Below, piece by piece: positions 10,870 through 23,310 of a stretch of DNA of 64,000 nucleotides. The stretch is from Cetorhinus maximus. Its lineage: Eukaryota. The stretch is taken from positions 27,280,001 through 27,344,000 of the forward strand of contig NC_135901.1 of NCBI RefSeq assembly GCF_964194155.1, given 5' to 3'. Under the pieces are notes generated by a model. It was not told the origin of the DNA. It made no database searches and was given only the letters and a program-made list of their open reading frames with translations. A program made the translations under genes and the position numbers. Each line of letters opens with the position of its first letter. Positions within the stretch are counted from its first letter, which is position 1.

Positions 10870-11544
10870 ATGGAAAAATCGTGGAAATGTGGGGACTGTG
10901 GGAAGGGATTCAAAGTCCCATCTGAGCTGGAAACTCATCGGCGAGTTCACACCGGGGAGAGGCCATTCACCTGCTCTGAGTGGGGGAAGGGATTCACACA
11001 GTTATCCCACCTGCCGATACACCAGCAAGTTCACACTGGAGAGAGGCCATTCACCTGCTCTGGGTGTGGGAAAGGATTCACTAATTCATCCAACCTCCTG
11101 ACACACCAGCGAGTTCACACTGGGGAGAGGCCGTTCACCTGCTCTGAGTGTGGAAAGGGATTCACACAGTTATCCCACCTGCCGATACACCAGCGAGTTC
11201 ACACTGGAGAGAGGCCATTCACCTGCTCTGGGTGTGGGAAAGGATTCACTAATTCATCCAACCTCCTGACACACCAGCGAGTTCACACTGGGGAGAGGCC
11301 GTTCGCCTGCTCTGAGTGTGGAAAGGGATTCACTCAGTTATCCAACCCGTGGAAGCACCAGCGACTGCACACCGGGGAAAGGCCGTACACCTGCTCTGAG
11401 TGTGGGAAGGGATTCAGTGATTTATCCAACCTGCTGGCACATGAGCGAGTTCACACTGGAGAGAGGCCGTTCACCTGCCCTGTGTGGGGGAAGAGATTCA
11501 CTCAGTCATGCCACCTGCTGAGACACCAGCGAGTTCACAAGTGA
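10870..11544 (+). CDS. ZNF-2: C2H2 zinc-finger-only protein, 224 aa, 8 fingers (fingers 2 and 8 have C>W)
   Basis: Open ORF, TGERPF linkers; exon-2 acceptor ttttacag ending 10505; conserved 3' UTR follows. Confidence 0.88.
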   Translation: MEKSWKCGDCGKGFKVPSELETHRRVHTGERPFTCSEWGKGFTQLSHLPIHQQVHTGERPFTCSGCGKGFTNSSNLLTHQRVHTGERPFTCSECGKGFTQLSHLPIHQRVHTGERPFTCSGCGKGFTNSSNLLTHQRVHTGERPFACSECGKGFTQLSNPWKHQRLHTGERPYTCSECGKGFSDLSNLLAHERVHTGERPFTCPVWGKRFTQSCHLLRHQRVHK

Positions 11545-11943
11545 TTCCAGAGGTTGGATTCTGCTGTTAATCACATCCAGGGCTGAACCATGTTCATTCT
11601 GACAGTTGGTGAAGTGGGAGGGTTGGAGGGTTTCTTTCTGCTGGACTGGCCGGTCTCACGACTTTGCTTCCAGTGGCTGATGCTCTTTGAGCCTGGGAGT
11701 GCACATTTCCACTGAAATGATCCACAAAAGCTGATGAAAGACATTTATTTCATCCTGGGTAGTAAATAGTGTTTTTTCCTACCACTACAGGTAGATTTCA
11801 AATAAATACATCTGTGAGAAATGAGACATTGAATGAATGATATTTTTCAGCATAGATATAGAATTCTTACAGAATTTGTTGTGTTACATAACTCTGAATT
11901 TAAAAACACATAAATCGTCTTTAGAAACAGGCTCAGGTTCGAT

Positions 11944-12310
11944 GAGATGATAGTGTAGTGGTAATGTCACTGGATCCGGAGGCCCAGCCTAATGCTCTGG
12001 GGACATGGGTTCAAATCCCACTGTAGCCCGTTATGTGAATTTGATTAATTATATTTGGAATATAAAACTAGTCTCAGTCATGGTGACCATGAAAGTATCA
12101 TTGGTTGTTGTAAAAACCCATCTGGTTCACTAATGTCCTTTAGGGAAGGAAATCTGCCGTCCTTATGTGGTCTGGTCTGTCTGTGACGACAAAGCCATAG
12201 CAATGTGGCTGAGCCTTTACTGTCCTCTGTAATACTGTATCCAGGAGGTATTAGGAATGAACAACAAATGCTGTCCTTGTCAGCAACACCCACATCCCAT
12301 GAACGAATTT
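11944..12310 (+). mobile_element. tRNA-head SINE with LINE-derived tail
   Basis: A-box-like tagtgtagtgg, B-box gggttcaaatccc, tail cccacatcccatgaacgaat; related copies at 20505-20820 (-) and 39855-40175 (+). Confidence 0.7.
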
Positions 12311-12469
12311 TTGACGGGTCCCTGGAAAAGTCGAGATCTCCTGTTTCAGGTTTCCATGTCGACATTGCTCAGTGGATAGGACAGCGTCTTGTTGCCTCTT
12401 CTCTGTACAAGTGGCTGGGAAGAGCTAACAAATGGCCCTCAGCAGGAGATAAACTCCAAGTGTTGCTGA

Positions 12470-13500
12470 AAAGAGAGACATGTCGAAGCTTTTCGTCTGG
12501 CACTCAGCAACATTTGAGCAGCAGCTGAAGCTCGCTGTTTCATGCTGCTGCTATGCAGTAACAACATGAGTGGTATTCACCATTAACAGGATGCTGCCGC
12601 CAAACCAAAAAGGCATTCTGCCTATCAGACAAATGTGTAATGTGGGACATGAATTTTAGTGCCAGTGTGATGCTAGTGCTAAGAAATAGAGATAGTTTAA
12701 GAAAATTATATTTGTATTCGTGGGTGTTAGGAATGAGTTTTAGCTTTAATGTTTAAGTTTGATTTGTATTTCTGTATCTGTGTATTAAGAAAGGTCAAAT
12801 TGAGGTTTAGCTTTACTCTAAAAGGTGCCTGTGTTTTTCATGAGTTTTATGACTCCTAAAGGGAAGTTAAGCAAACACAAGAGTCGAAAAAACAGTGCTT
12901 CTGCCTAGCAACAGGGGCCCAAAGAGACAGGTCCCTCCCACAGCTTCCAGTACGAGTAAGTGAGTCACACTGCGAGACCAGCTGATAATCTTAAATTGAT
13001 TGTCAGTTTAATTCTTAGCACAATCAGGATTGCTTAGCAAGTGCTGTCCAATCACGGAATCACATCTCACGTTGGACACTATGTTTTGAGTTTTGCAAGC
13101 ACGGGCTGGTTGGGTACAGTCAGTACTTTACCTGTTGTGAACAGCTGAAGGGACATCCTGTTTGATATGACCCGCCAGTTGAGACATATGACCTACATAC
13201 CTGGCATCGCACTGGCACTGAAATTCATATACCAGTCACTCACTTGTGTGATAGGCGGAATGTCTTTTTGCCTTGACAGCAGCATCCTGTTAGTGGGGAA
13301 TACCACTCATGTTGCTACTGAATAGTTCTGTCCTACCAAATGACTATTTGCTCCTATTTCCTTTTTCTACATGGAGGTCACAAATGTTAACAGTACACCC
13401 AGTGAAGTCGAAGTATGGAACGAATCAGGTGAAGCATAACTTGCCTGCTTTTCAAATCTTTCCTTTTCAGAATGAACACTTCTATGGACACCTCACTCAC
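12470..13500 (-). mobile_element. Penelope-like element relic (GIY-YIG region 12960-13500; hammerhead-bearing tail near 12481-12512), interrupted by unrelated sequence
   Basis: Minus-strand translation YEFQCQCDARYVG...CDSVIGQHLLSNPDC, homologous to ORF 62758-63021. Confidence 0.7.
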
Positions 13501-13506
13501 TGAAGC

Positions 13507-15560
13507 TAATAACGAAAACCCCAGTATAAATGACGTTTTTAACTGAAAAATGTTGAAGTTTTGGTTTTTGCGCCACAAGTTTCAACTTCCCATTTGAGCC
13601 TCCAGCACCTTTCTGTCTCTCTATTGCTGGTGTCAATGACAGCCAGGCGACGGAGCTGAGGGCTGAATTTAGCTGAGAATAACGGGGCCTGTGCCCCCGT
13701 TGGGAAACTGCCTATCAGTTGCACTGATAGAGAGACAGGAAGGTGCTGGAGAACTGACTGAAAAATGGGCCTCCAACCAATCGAGGCACGGGAGGGGGTG
13801 ACCGGGGCTGACGGTGACACAATCCCCGGGGTTCAGTGCCCCTGTGTCCAAAGCGGGGAGTCACAGAAACAGGGTACAGAGGAGCCAAAGAGAAACCATT
13901 TGGGTCCAGAATATTGTGCACATCCTTTTACTCTGGTTCTCTTCGATCCTCAAGTAATTTTCTGTTTTTTTAACCATGTTCTGTTTCATTAATAAACTTT
14001 TATGAGTAAAAGTATTTGATTTTTCTGGACTTTTCATGATTAGATTTCTGCACTTCAGGGAAAGTGGGTGAGAGGGGTTGGCAGGCACTTTAACAGAAAG
14101 TGAGTCCCTCTAAGGTAATTGGCAAAGGAGCCAGAGGGGGAGATGAGATTTTATTTTTGACACAACGATGTTAGAAAATGGGTTTCAGGGAACCAATTAA
14201 CCCTTTATCCCCTTTTCCCAAACTCTGAAATGATTCACAGTGATAACCCTTATTGGTGACAGTGGTTAGATTTTATTCAGTATAAATAAGACCTGACACA
14301 TGCTCATGTCTGAGCAGTAGTATCAAAGTGCAGCAGCATTACCATTACACTCTGGGTAGAAGCACCATCTCCACGTAAATGCTCCCTGGTCTGTCCCAGA
14401 TGCCATGGCACCAGTCAATGCAATATGTAAAACCTCTACAAATCTCTGTGCTCAGGGAATCCCTTCTGATACTTTTTTACATCACAAAGTCTATGGAGAC
14501 TGATTTTACCCAATCATTGCTGAGCTAACATTTGAACGGACCAATTACAAAACCCGTCATTGAACCATCTGTACCCGCCCAAGCCACGTCAAACTTTCAA
14601 ACAATTGGCTTCCCATGCTCCGTCTCCAGTACAGGGAGTCAGCATTCCCATGCCAAGCAGTGAAAACATGGTGGCCTTGATGCCCAGGTGTCGTCTAGGA
14701 TTCAAGGCACTCTTGTTTTCTCTGTCCTCTGGGAGCTGTTCATCTCCCTGTTCCCACATAGCAAGTCGTCTGTTCTCAGCTCTGCCAGATTTCTGCTGAA
14801 GTTTGGCCCTTTTTACACCTTTCGGATCAATAAAACATTTGGTCAATGAAGACCCAAACCACAATTTCCCATCCTGTCACCTGTCAACCATCCTCAGCCA
14901 GAGAGTAATCACAACAGGAATTAAAACAGGAGAAGTGTAACAATCAAATTAAAAATAAATACACAGCCAGTCATAGTTTTTAATTAAATGTTCACTAATT
15001 AGCAAGAAAACCCGAAGTAGGGGGTCCCCCAGGATTCTTACAGTCCACACCTTGAGGACGAGGAGAACTCTCTCTCCGACCCCTCACTCAATTTCACTGC
15101 ATTATTTTCCAGTTCTGTTCTGGCCCCGCCTGGGGTAACATCTACTCGATCTTTTCTCCTGAAAGAACGCCATGAGTTCTAGGTTACTAGTACATAAGGA
15201 CATATGCTTCAAACAACAGATTAAGCATGGATGTAAAAGATTCTCCAGCTCTCTCCTTACCCCTGTCCAACTTGTGGAGTGTTTTCACTCAGTATTATTT
15301 CTCCCAAGCCCTTAATTAATCCAATCCAAATGTTTATCTCTGTTACTTCAATTTTACTCATTTTGTGACCATGACCAGTGTGTTTAATACTATACTGATT
15401 GTTTTAAAGTCAGTTTCTCTCTGGAGTATGTGTCAATACCTTGATAATGTCAAAATGTTGTCTCATTCACCTGGTCACATTAACCATTTCATGTCATGTT
15501 GTTTGTCAAGTAGCTGGGTATGTTTGGGACCCAGTCTTCAGTCCACTTCACCATGAATTA
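13507..15560 (+). repeat. Unit X copy 1 (unidentified ~2 kb segment repeated three times)
   Basis: Closely similar to 28878-29517 plus 33936-35300 and to the reverse complement of about 52780-54835. Confidence 0.9.
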
Positions 15561-16490
15561 AGGTGGACAAAGAAAATCTGTTCCCATTCGCTGATGGTAC
15601 AAGGAGGAGGGGGACACAGATCTAAGGTTTTGGGCAGGAGATGCAGGGGGGATGTGAGGGGGAATATTTTCACACAGCGAGTGGTAATGACCTGAAACTG
15701 GCTGCCAATGAGGGGGGTGGAAGCAGAGACGATTCACAATTGGATGGACACTTGACAGAATATGGACTTGATGGGCTGAATGGTCCCCTTGTATGTCCTA
15801 ATGACCCCATGTTCCAAAGAGAGAAATTTCAGCTGCTGCAGTGTCTCCAACCAACTGAAGTCCCTCATCCCTGGTGCCATTCTCGTCAATCTCCTCTGCT
15901 CCCTCTCTAAGAACTTCACATCTTTCCTTAAGTGTGGGGCCCAGAAATAAGGTTCCATTCTCGAGGGATAGAATTGAAAAGCAGGGAGGTTATGTTCAAC
16001 TTGTTTCGAACCATGGTGAGACTACACTGGGAGTACTGTCAACATCTGTGATCTCCATTTAGGAAAAGGAAATAGAGGCACTGGAGAAGGGGCAACAAAG
16101 ATTCACAAGAATAATACCAGAACTGAGAGCATTTAACCCTCAGGAAAGGCTGGGGCTGCTTTTCTCTAGAAAAGAGAAGACTGAAGGGTGACCTGATGGA
16201 AGTCTTTAAGATGTTGAAGGGGTTCAATAATTCAATAGGGATTTCATGAGAAACCTCTTTACCCAGCGAGTGCTGTGAATATGGAACTCACTACCACAGC
16301 GAGTGGTTGAGATGAATAGCATGAATACATTTAAGGGGAAGCTAGATAAATACATGAGGGAGAAAGGAATAGAAGGATATGCTGATGGGGGGAGATGAAG
16401 AGGGGCGGGTGGAGGCTCATGTGGAGCATAAATACTGACAGAGACCAATTGAACCGACTGGCCTGGCCCTGTGCTGTAGACTCAATGGAA
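15560..16490 (+). mobile_element. Mosaic of old CR1 3' fragments, duplicated with the cluster
   Basis: RRCRGDVRGNIFTQRVV, FWAPHLRKDV; matches 35830-36860, 56860-57290 and, inverted, 63480-64000. Confidence 0.75.
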
Positions 16491-16778
16491 CAGAGACAAA
16501 TGTACTTACTTCAGATATACCTCCAGTCTTAAGAAAAGCATTATTTACTATCTAGGTTAAAATAAATGTCCTTCATCAGCTTTTGTGGATTATTTCAGTG
16601 GAAATATGCACTCCCAGGCTCAAAGAGCATCAGCCCACTGGAAGCAAAGTTGTGAGACCGGCCAGTCCAGCAGAAAGAAACCCTCCGACCCTCCCACTTC
16701 ACCAAGTGTCAGAATGAACATGGTTCAGTCCTGCATGTGGTTAACAGCAGCAATAACAGCAGAATCCAACCCCTGGAA

Positions 16779-17369
16779 TCACTTGTGAACTCGCTTGTGT
16801 CTCAGGAGGTTACTTGACTGAGTGAAGCCCTTCCCACACACAGGGCAGATGAACGGCCTTTCCCCTGTGTGAACTCGCTGGTGAGTCAGCAGGCTGGATG
16901 AATCTCTGAATCCCTTCTCACACTCAGAGCAGGTGAACGGCCTCTCCCCAGTGTGAACTCGCTGATGTGTCCGCAGGCCAGATGAATCACTGAATGCCTT
17001 CCCACAGTCGGAGCAGGTGAATGGCCTCTCCCCAGTGTGAACTCGCCAGTGTGTCTGCAGGTTTGATAACTGAGTGAATCCCTTCCCACACTCAGAGCAG
17101 GTGAATGGCCTCTCCCCGGTGTGAGTGCGTCTGTGAATCTTCAGCTTAGATGGGGATCTGAATCCCTTCCCACACTCAGAGCAGGTGAACGGTCTCTCAC
17201 CGGTGTGAACTAGTTTGTGTGACATTATATTGGATAAATGACTGAAACCCTTTCCACACACAGAGCAGGTGAACGGTCTCTCCCCAGTGTGACTGCGTCT
17301 ATGGATTTCCAGCTGAGATGGGCGCCTGAATCCCTTCCCACAGTCCCCACATTTCCACGGTTTCTCCAT
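16779..17369 (-). CDS. ZNF-3: C2H2 zinc-finger-only protein, 196 aa, 7 intact fingers
   Basis: Open ORF from ATG at 17369 ([10 protein letters not shown]) to HKRVHK-stop; exon 1 at about 18582-18640. Confidence 0.92.
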   Translation of the reverse strand: MEKPWKCGDCGKGFRRPSQLEIHRRSHTGERPFTCSVCGKGFSHLSNIMSHKLVHTGERPFTCSECGKGFRSPSKLKIHRRTHTGERPFTCSECGKGFTQLSNLQTHWRVHTGERPFTCSDCGKAFSDSSGLRTHQRVHTGERPFTCSECEKGFRDSSSLLTHQRVHTGERPFICPVCGKGFTQSSNLLRHKRVHK

Positions 17370-18574
17370 GGTGCAGGTGTATTTGTGTCTCTCCAGGTCC
17401 AACGGTCAGTTAAAGCCTCCTCCACGCACAGAACATGTACAATGTCTCTCCTCACTGTGAATGGTGATGTTTTTTCAGTCTGTGTCGCTGGGAACCGTCA
17501 GTGCACTGGAAACACTCTTACTCGGGTGTGTGTGTCTCGGTGCTTTTCCAGTCACACAGACGTTTAAAACTGATTGAGGCAGACAGAAAAGACAAACATT
17601 TCTCCTTCTGGATTCAAAGGCTAGTGATATTCAGGTCCTGATGAAATGGGTTGCTCTATCAGATCTTGATGTGATGTTTACATTGAGATTCTGTCTGCAA
17701 ATCCTCCCCTTCTGATATACTGTAAAAGGCGTTTACAAAATTCATCACTGTCAGTACAGGACAGAAATTCAGAAACAACAATTCTAGTTTGTATGGAGCA
17801 TTCTTTCCTCTCTCATTCCCCAAAAGCTGTAAATCTCCCTCCATTCTCACCCTGCTGCACCTGATGTGCACCCTCCCAATTCTCCTGAAGGTGCCGATTC
17901 ATGCTCATCAAAAGACGCATGCTCACCGATTCCTGTCCAAGACTTGAAAATCTTCATAGGAGTATACTTACTGGTGAGAGCTACAGGGAGAATGCGAGGA
18001 AGAACTTTATTTCGGCAGCGCATGGTCACAATCTTGGACTCAAGTCGCCAAATGGACTCTTTCTATGCTGTAATGAATGTAAGGTTGGAAATATATAACG
18101 GAGCTACAGTACTATATCACAAGACTAGAAATAATAATAAATGAGCTTGATTACACAGCCAAAAATATATTGAATATGTAAGTACCTACATGTATTAAAA
18201 GACTAGAAATAATAATAAAAGTACTTTATTCCTGAACCATAAATAATATGTACCATATAACAACATTGGACATATCTCTGTCCTATATTAATTTACTGTG
18301 CCCTTAAATGTCAGCCATCTCCTAGGGAAATCACCCCTTTAATTGTGAACATTAGGAAAGAGACCATCCTTTTAGCCAGACAAATAAATGTGTCAAGCTG
18401 AGGGAGCAAAGGATGTCAATGTCTTTAAGAGAGAGAGAGAGAGAGAGACCTGGGCCAACCTTTCCAGAGTCTGCACCCTCCCTGGATTCACTTCCTTTCC
18501 CTTCAGTTCCTGCAAGTCAACAATTTCCCCCCAGAATGAGAAAAGAAATGGAAAGGGGGAGAAAAGAAAGTGTT

Positions 18575-18830
18575 TTACTCACAGATGTTGGACCTGGAGG
18601 AAGTTTTAGTCTGTGTGAAGCTCAATCTTCACTTACACAAAGCCCGCGCTCTGATTGGCTGGAGGACCAGAGTCCTTCCGGTCCTCCAATGCTCGCCATT
18701 GGTCAATCCCCGGCATGAACACAATGGGGCAGCGGAAGCATTCGTGACGATGGGAAACACTTTGACCCTATGTCGCAACAACTGCTGGCCAATGGGGAAC
18801 GCCGCTCTCCGCACATGCGCAGCGTCCACT
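18575..18830 (-). promoter_or_regulatory. Promoter and non-coding exon 1 of ZNF-3
   Basis: tactcacagatgttgg donor, ctgattggctggaggacc CCAAT module, gcacatgcgca NRF1-like site. Confidence 0.7.
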
Positions 18831-19084
18831 CTTGTGCACACGGGCTCTGATCGAAAGGAGTTTGCGTACACTCGGACTCTGATCGAACGGGGTTTGCATA
18901 CACACAGACCCTGATCTAAAGGGGTTTGCGTACACAAAGACGTTGAACTAAAAGAGTTTTCAGACACACAGACCTTGAACTAAAGGGGTTTGAATACACA
19001 AAGACCATGAACTAAAGAGGTGTGCGTATACACAGACATTGAGCTGAAGGGCTTTTCATACGCACAGACCCTGAGCAATAGAGG
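18830..19084. repeat. Minisatellite, 8 x 32 bp, approximate consensus TTTGCRTACACACAGACCCTGAACTAAAGGGG
   Basis: Units start at about 18830, then 18861, 18893, 18925, 18957, 18989, 19021, 19053. Confidence 0.92.
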
Positions 19085-19586
19085 TCCAAGTCAGGATGGT
19101 GTGCCACTCGGAGGGGAATCTCAACTGGTGCTGTCCCCAAGTGTCTGTTGCTGTTCGAGATGGTAGAGATAGTGGAGTTGAAGGTGATGTTCCATGAGCC
19201 TTGGTGAGTCAATGCAGTGCATTGCACACTGCAGCCACTGTACGTCACTGGTGGAGGGAGTGAATATTGAAGGTGGCGGATGGGGTGCCATTAACGTGGG
19301 CTGCGTTGTCCTGGATGAAACAGACTCTCTCTCCAATTTGAAAAAGTCTGGCTGTTAAATCATAATTGCTTTAGGAAATGACTGGGGCCCAGTAAATTTA
19401 AATAGTTTCAGTCCATTTTCAAAAGATCTGCTCTTCAAAGTTTTATTGGAACAAATCACATGAGATGTTTGTAGTTGAATTGAATGCCTTGGTTCCTCAC
19501 TCGGATACCTGGCTGACAAGAGGCAGTGATTGGACAATAGCTGGAAGCAATGAGCTGAAATGTTCTTCTGTGAGTTAAACTGTTTC

Positions 19587-20417
19587 CCTTTAACCCAGAA
19601 TGGACAATGTCAGAGTTAAAGGCAATACCAGACTCAAATACATTGAATATACAGCACACAAACAGGCCATTCAGCCCACCCCATCCATGCCAATGTTTAT
19701 ACTTCACTTGAGCCTCCTCTCATTCTTTCTTATCTCACTCTCAGTGAATCCTTCTGTTCATTTCTCCCCCATGTGTTTACCCAGCTTCCCCTTAAATGTA
19801 TCTATGTTATTCACCTCCACCACTCCCTGTGGCGGCGAGTTCCATGTTCTCACCACTTTCTGGTAAAGAAGTTTCTCCTGAATTCCCGATTTGATTTAGA
19901 AATCACTGTCTTATGTTGGTGGCCTCTAGTTTTGCTCTTCCTCCTACAAGTGGAAACATTTTCTGTGTCTATCATAACCTTTCAGAATTTTATAAACCTC
20001 CATTAGCCCTCAGCCTTGTCTTTCCAAAAGTGAAGTGACCCAGCCTATTCATCGTCTCCTGGTGCATTAAACCTTTCAGAGTGAAAATCTGAAGACAAAA
20101 ATGTTTTGTTCACACCTGAACTCAGCACAGTGAGAGAGGAGGGACAGAGTCACAAGGAAGCCTGAGAAGAGGAGATTCACTGAGATTGGCTGGGCTGGGC
20201 TGGCCTATGCTGTGATCGTTGATCAGACTGTTCATTATAGGGGTCTTGGAGTTAGGGGGCAGTGAGGGAGTTCAAGTGGCAGCCTTCAATAAAGCAACAA
20301 CCTGTATTTATACAGCACCTTTACTGTAACAAAACGTCCTGTTTCTGTGCTGTATTTTCAATGTAATTGTGCCCAGTATGGTCTTGAACTCTGACATAGT
20401 CCATTGCGGGTTCAAGG
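19587..20417. repeat. Inverted repeat (arms about 19587-19666 and 20338-20417) at the centre of the ZNF-3/ZNF-4 pair
   Basis: aatggacaatgtcagagtt...cattgaatatacagcacacaaacagg versus cctgtttctgtgctgtattttcaatg...aactctgacatagtccatt. Confidence 0.85.
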
Positions 20418-20849
20418 TCAAGGTCCCAAGGAGCATTTTGAAACAGAAGTTGACAAAAGCTGATAAAGTTGTCTATGTCATAGAACATCCCACTCCCTTT
20501 TTCTCATTCGTTTCTGGGATGCGGGTGGATTGTCCCAAATTGCCCTTGTTCAGAGGCCATGTAAGGGTCAACCGCATTGCTGTGGGTCTGGAGTTACATG
20601 TAGGCCAGACTGGGTAAGGACGGCAGATTTCCTTATGGAATCAGAAGGATTTTTGCAACAATTGGCAATGGTTTCACTGTCATAATGAAACCTTAAGCTC
20701 CAGGTATTCATTGAATTCAAATTTTGCCAGCTGCTATGGTGGCGAACTCGGTTCCCCAGAGAATCACCCGGGGTCTCTGGAATACCAGCCCAGTGACAAT
20801 GCCACTATCCCACCACCTCTCGAGCTATAAATCTCTGCGCCCCAGACAT

Positions 20850-21433
20850 TCCCTCCTCCTTATTGTTTGTAACTAATTCATCCTACTATTCTCCTCCTGC
20901 TTTTTCCCCAATTCTCCTCCCCTGAAGGTGCTGACTCTCGGGTTCAGTTTCACACTCACCGATTGCCCTGCCCAATATGTCACCCAGGTGTCTAAATCTT
21001 TACACCTGAAGTTAACAAACTGTTTTGCTAAGGGGCGTCACAATCAAATCCAGTACTTTGTGTCAGGGCGGGGTCACTGCGCCCCCCACACCCACTTTCC
21101 ATCCCAGTCCCAGGAGTTTGGAGACTGGGCTTCGGATTAGTAATGGCGGCGGCAGCTCCCACAATCCACAGCGCCGGGGAAACCGCTCTATCCGCCGCGT
21201 GGGCGGGCGGCCCGGGACTACGCATGTCCGAGGGAGAGGGGAAGCTGCGCATGTGCAGGGAGAACCCCCACCCCCCCCAACCCCCAACCTTCCCGTCATG
21301 CTGAGCGGTTGACGAATGGGAAGAGTCGGAGGACCGGAAGGACTCTGGTCCTCCAGTCAATCAGAGCGCGGGCTTTGTGTGAATGAAGATTGAGCTTCAC
21401 ACAGACTAAAACTTCCTCCTGTGTCCAACATCT
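20850..21433 (+). promoter_or_regulatory. Promoter and non-coding exon 1 of ZNF-4
   Basis: CpG-rich, GC boxes, tgcgcatgtgca, accggaag, gaagattgagcttcacacag...caacatct|gtgagt. Confidence 0.7.
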
Positions 21434-21989
21434 GTGAGTAAAACACTTTCTTTTCTCCCCCCTTTCCATTTCTTTTCTCATTCTGGGGGGAAATTGTTGA
21501 CTTGCAGGAACTGAAGGGAAAGGAAGTGAATCCAGGGAGGGTGCAGACTCTGGAAAGGTTGGCCCAGGTCTCTCTCTCTCTCTCTTAAAGACATTGACAT
21601 CCTTTGCTCCCTCAGCTTGACACATTTATTTGTCTGGCTAAAAGGATGGTCTCTTTCCTAGTGTTCACAATTAAAGGGGTGGTTTCCCCTGGAGATGGTT
21701 GACATTTAAGGGGACAATAAATTAATATAGGACAGAGATATGTCCAGTGTTGTTATGTTAGATATATTACTTGTGGTTCTGTGAAAAAATACATTTATTA
21801 TTATTTATAGTCTTGTAAAATAGTATTGTATCTACGTTATATATTTCCAGTTCCGGGATCATTATTGCACAGATGGAGTCTATTCAGAAACTTGAGTCCA
21901 TGCCGACTCTCTGTGGAGTAAAAAACAAAAAGCTAAAAGCTACTGCGGATGCTGGAAATCCAAAACTCTGTGGAGTAATCCAGTCAGTC

Positions 21990-22715
21990 TGGTGAAACTT
22001 CTCTGAACTGCTTCCAATGCAAGTATATCCCTCCTTAAAGAAGGAGCCCACAACTGTATAAGTACTCTAGGTGTGGTCTCACCAATACCCTGTACAGCTG
22101 CAGTAAGACTTCCCTACTTTATACTCCATCCTCCTTGCAATAAAGGCTTACATTCCAATTGCCTTCCTCATTACCTGCTATACCTGCAGACTGACGTTTT
22201 GTGATTCATGTGCAAGGACACCCAGATCCCTATGTACTGCAGCATTCTGCAGTCTCTCTCCATTTAAATAATATTCTGCTTTTCCATTCTTCCTGCCAAA
22301 GTGGACGACCTCACATTTTCACACATTATACTCCATCTGCCAATACTTTCCCCCCACACTAAACCTATTGCTATCCCTTTGTGGACTCTTTGTAAAGTCC
22401 TCACAACTTGCTTCCCTACCTATTGTTGTATCATCAGCAAATTTGTCTACAATACAGTCAGTTCCTTCATCCAAGTCATTAATATGGATTGTAAATAGTT
22501 GGAGCCCCAGTTGTGATCCCTGCAGGACCTTGGAGGCCCCAGGATAAATATATTCAAGACAGAGATTGATAGGTTTTAGATATTGAAGATATTAAGGGTT
22601 TTTGGGGATAGTTCAGGAAAATGGCGCTGAGGCAGATCAGCCATAATCTCATTCAATGGTGGAGCAGGCTTGATGGACCAAATGGCCTACTCCTGCTCAT
22701 ATTTCTTATGATCTC
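21990..22715 (-). mobile_element. CR1 RT fragment (-) and CR1 tail (+) in ZNF-4 intron; paralogous copy at 41200-41920
   Basis: Reverse-strand INDLDEG/KFADD/RPHLEY motifs. Confidence 0.8.
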
Positions 22716-23310
22716 TGTGTCCTGGACAGGAAGTGGTGAGCATGGATCTGTCGATCAGCATGAACCTTCAGGAGAATTGGGAGGGTGTATGTTAGGTACA
22801 GCAGAGTGAGAATGGAGAGAGTGTGTGTGTGACGGAGATTCAAAGCTTTTGTGGAATGAGAGGGGAAAGAATGTTCCTTAGAAACTGGAATTGTCTGTTC
22901 TGAATTTCTATCCTGTACTGACAGTGATGTCTGTTGTGAATTCCTTTTACAGGACACTAGAAGGGGAGGATTTGCAGACAGAAGGCTGAAATCAAAGGTT
23001 AAGGTCAGACAGAGTCACTTGGTTTATCGGAACTTGAATCTGATCAGCTTTTGAATCTAGAAGGAGAAATGTTTCTGTGTTCTGTCTGCTTCAAAATGTT
23101 CTACACGACAGGGGGACTGGAAAAGGCCCGAGACCACCACACCCGAGTGAGAGTGTTTCCAGTGCACTGATTTGGAAAGAGCTTTCACCAGTTACACAGC
23201 TTGAGAAAAACGTCACCATTCACAGTGAGGAGAGACATTATACATGTTCTGTGTGAGCACAAGGCTTCAACTGACCGTCAGACCTGGAGAGGGACACGGA
23301 CACGTGCACC

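Noticed and set aside
13678-13720. Hammerhead-like ctgagaa-stem-gaaac inside the unit X hairpin
   Set aside because: Core is not CUGANGA, there is no stem I, and stem III/cleavage triplet are not conserved in copy 1
14560-14799. 79-aa ORF open in all three unit X copies
   Set aside because: TTG start, no recognisable domain, differences largely non-synonymous; copies are too similar for openness to be informative
18388-18718. Recurrent ORFs such as MCQAEGAKDVNVFKRERE in several copies
   Set aside because: Antisense to intron 1/exon 1; frame changes with the (GA)n microsatellite length
18830-19084. CRISPR-like periodicity
   Set aside because: Contiguous units without unique spacers, eukaryotic context, no cas genes
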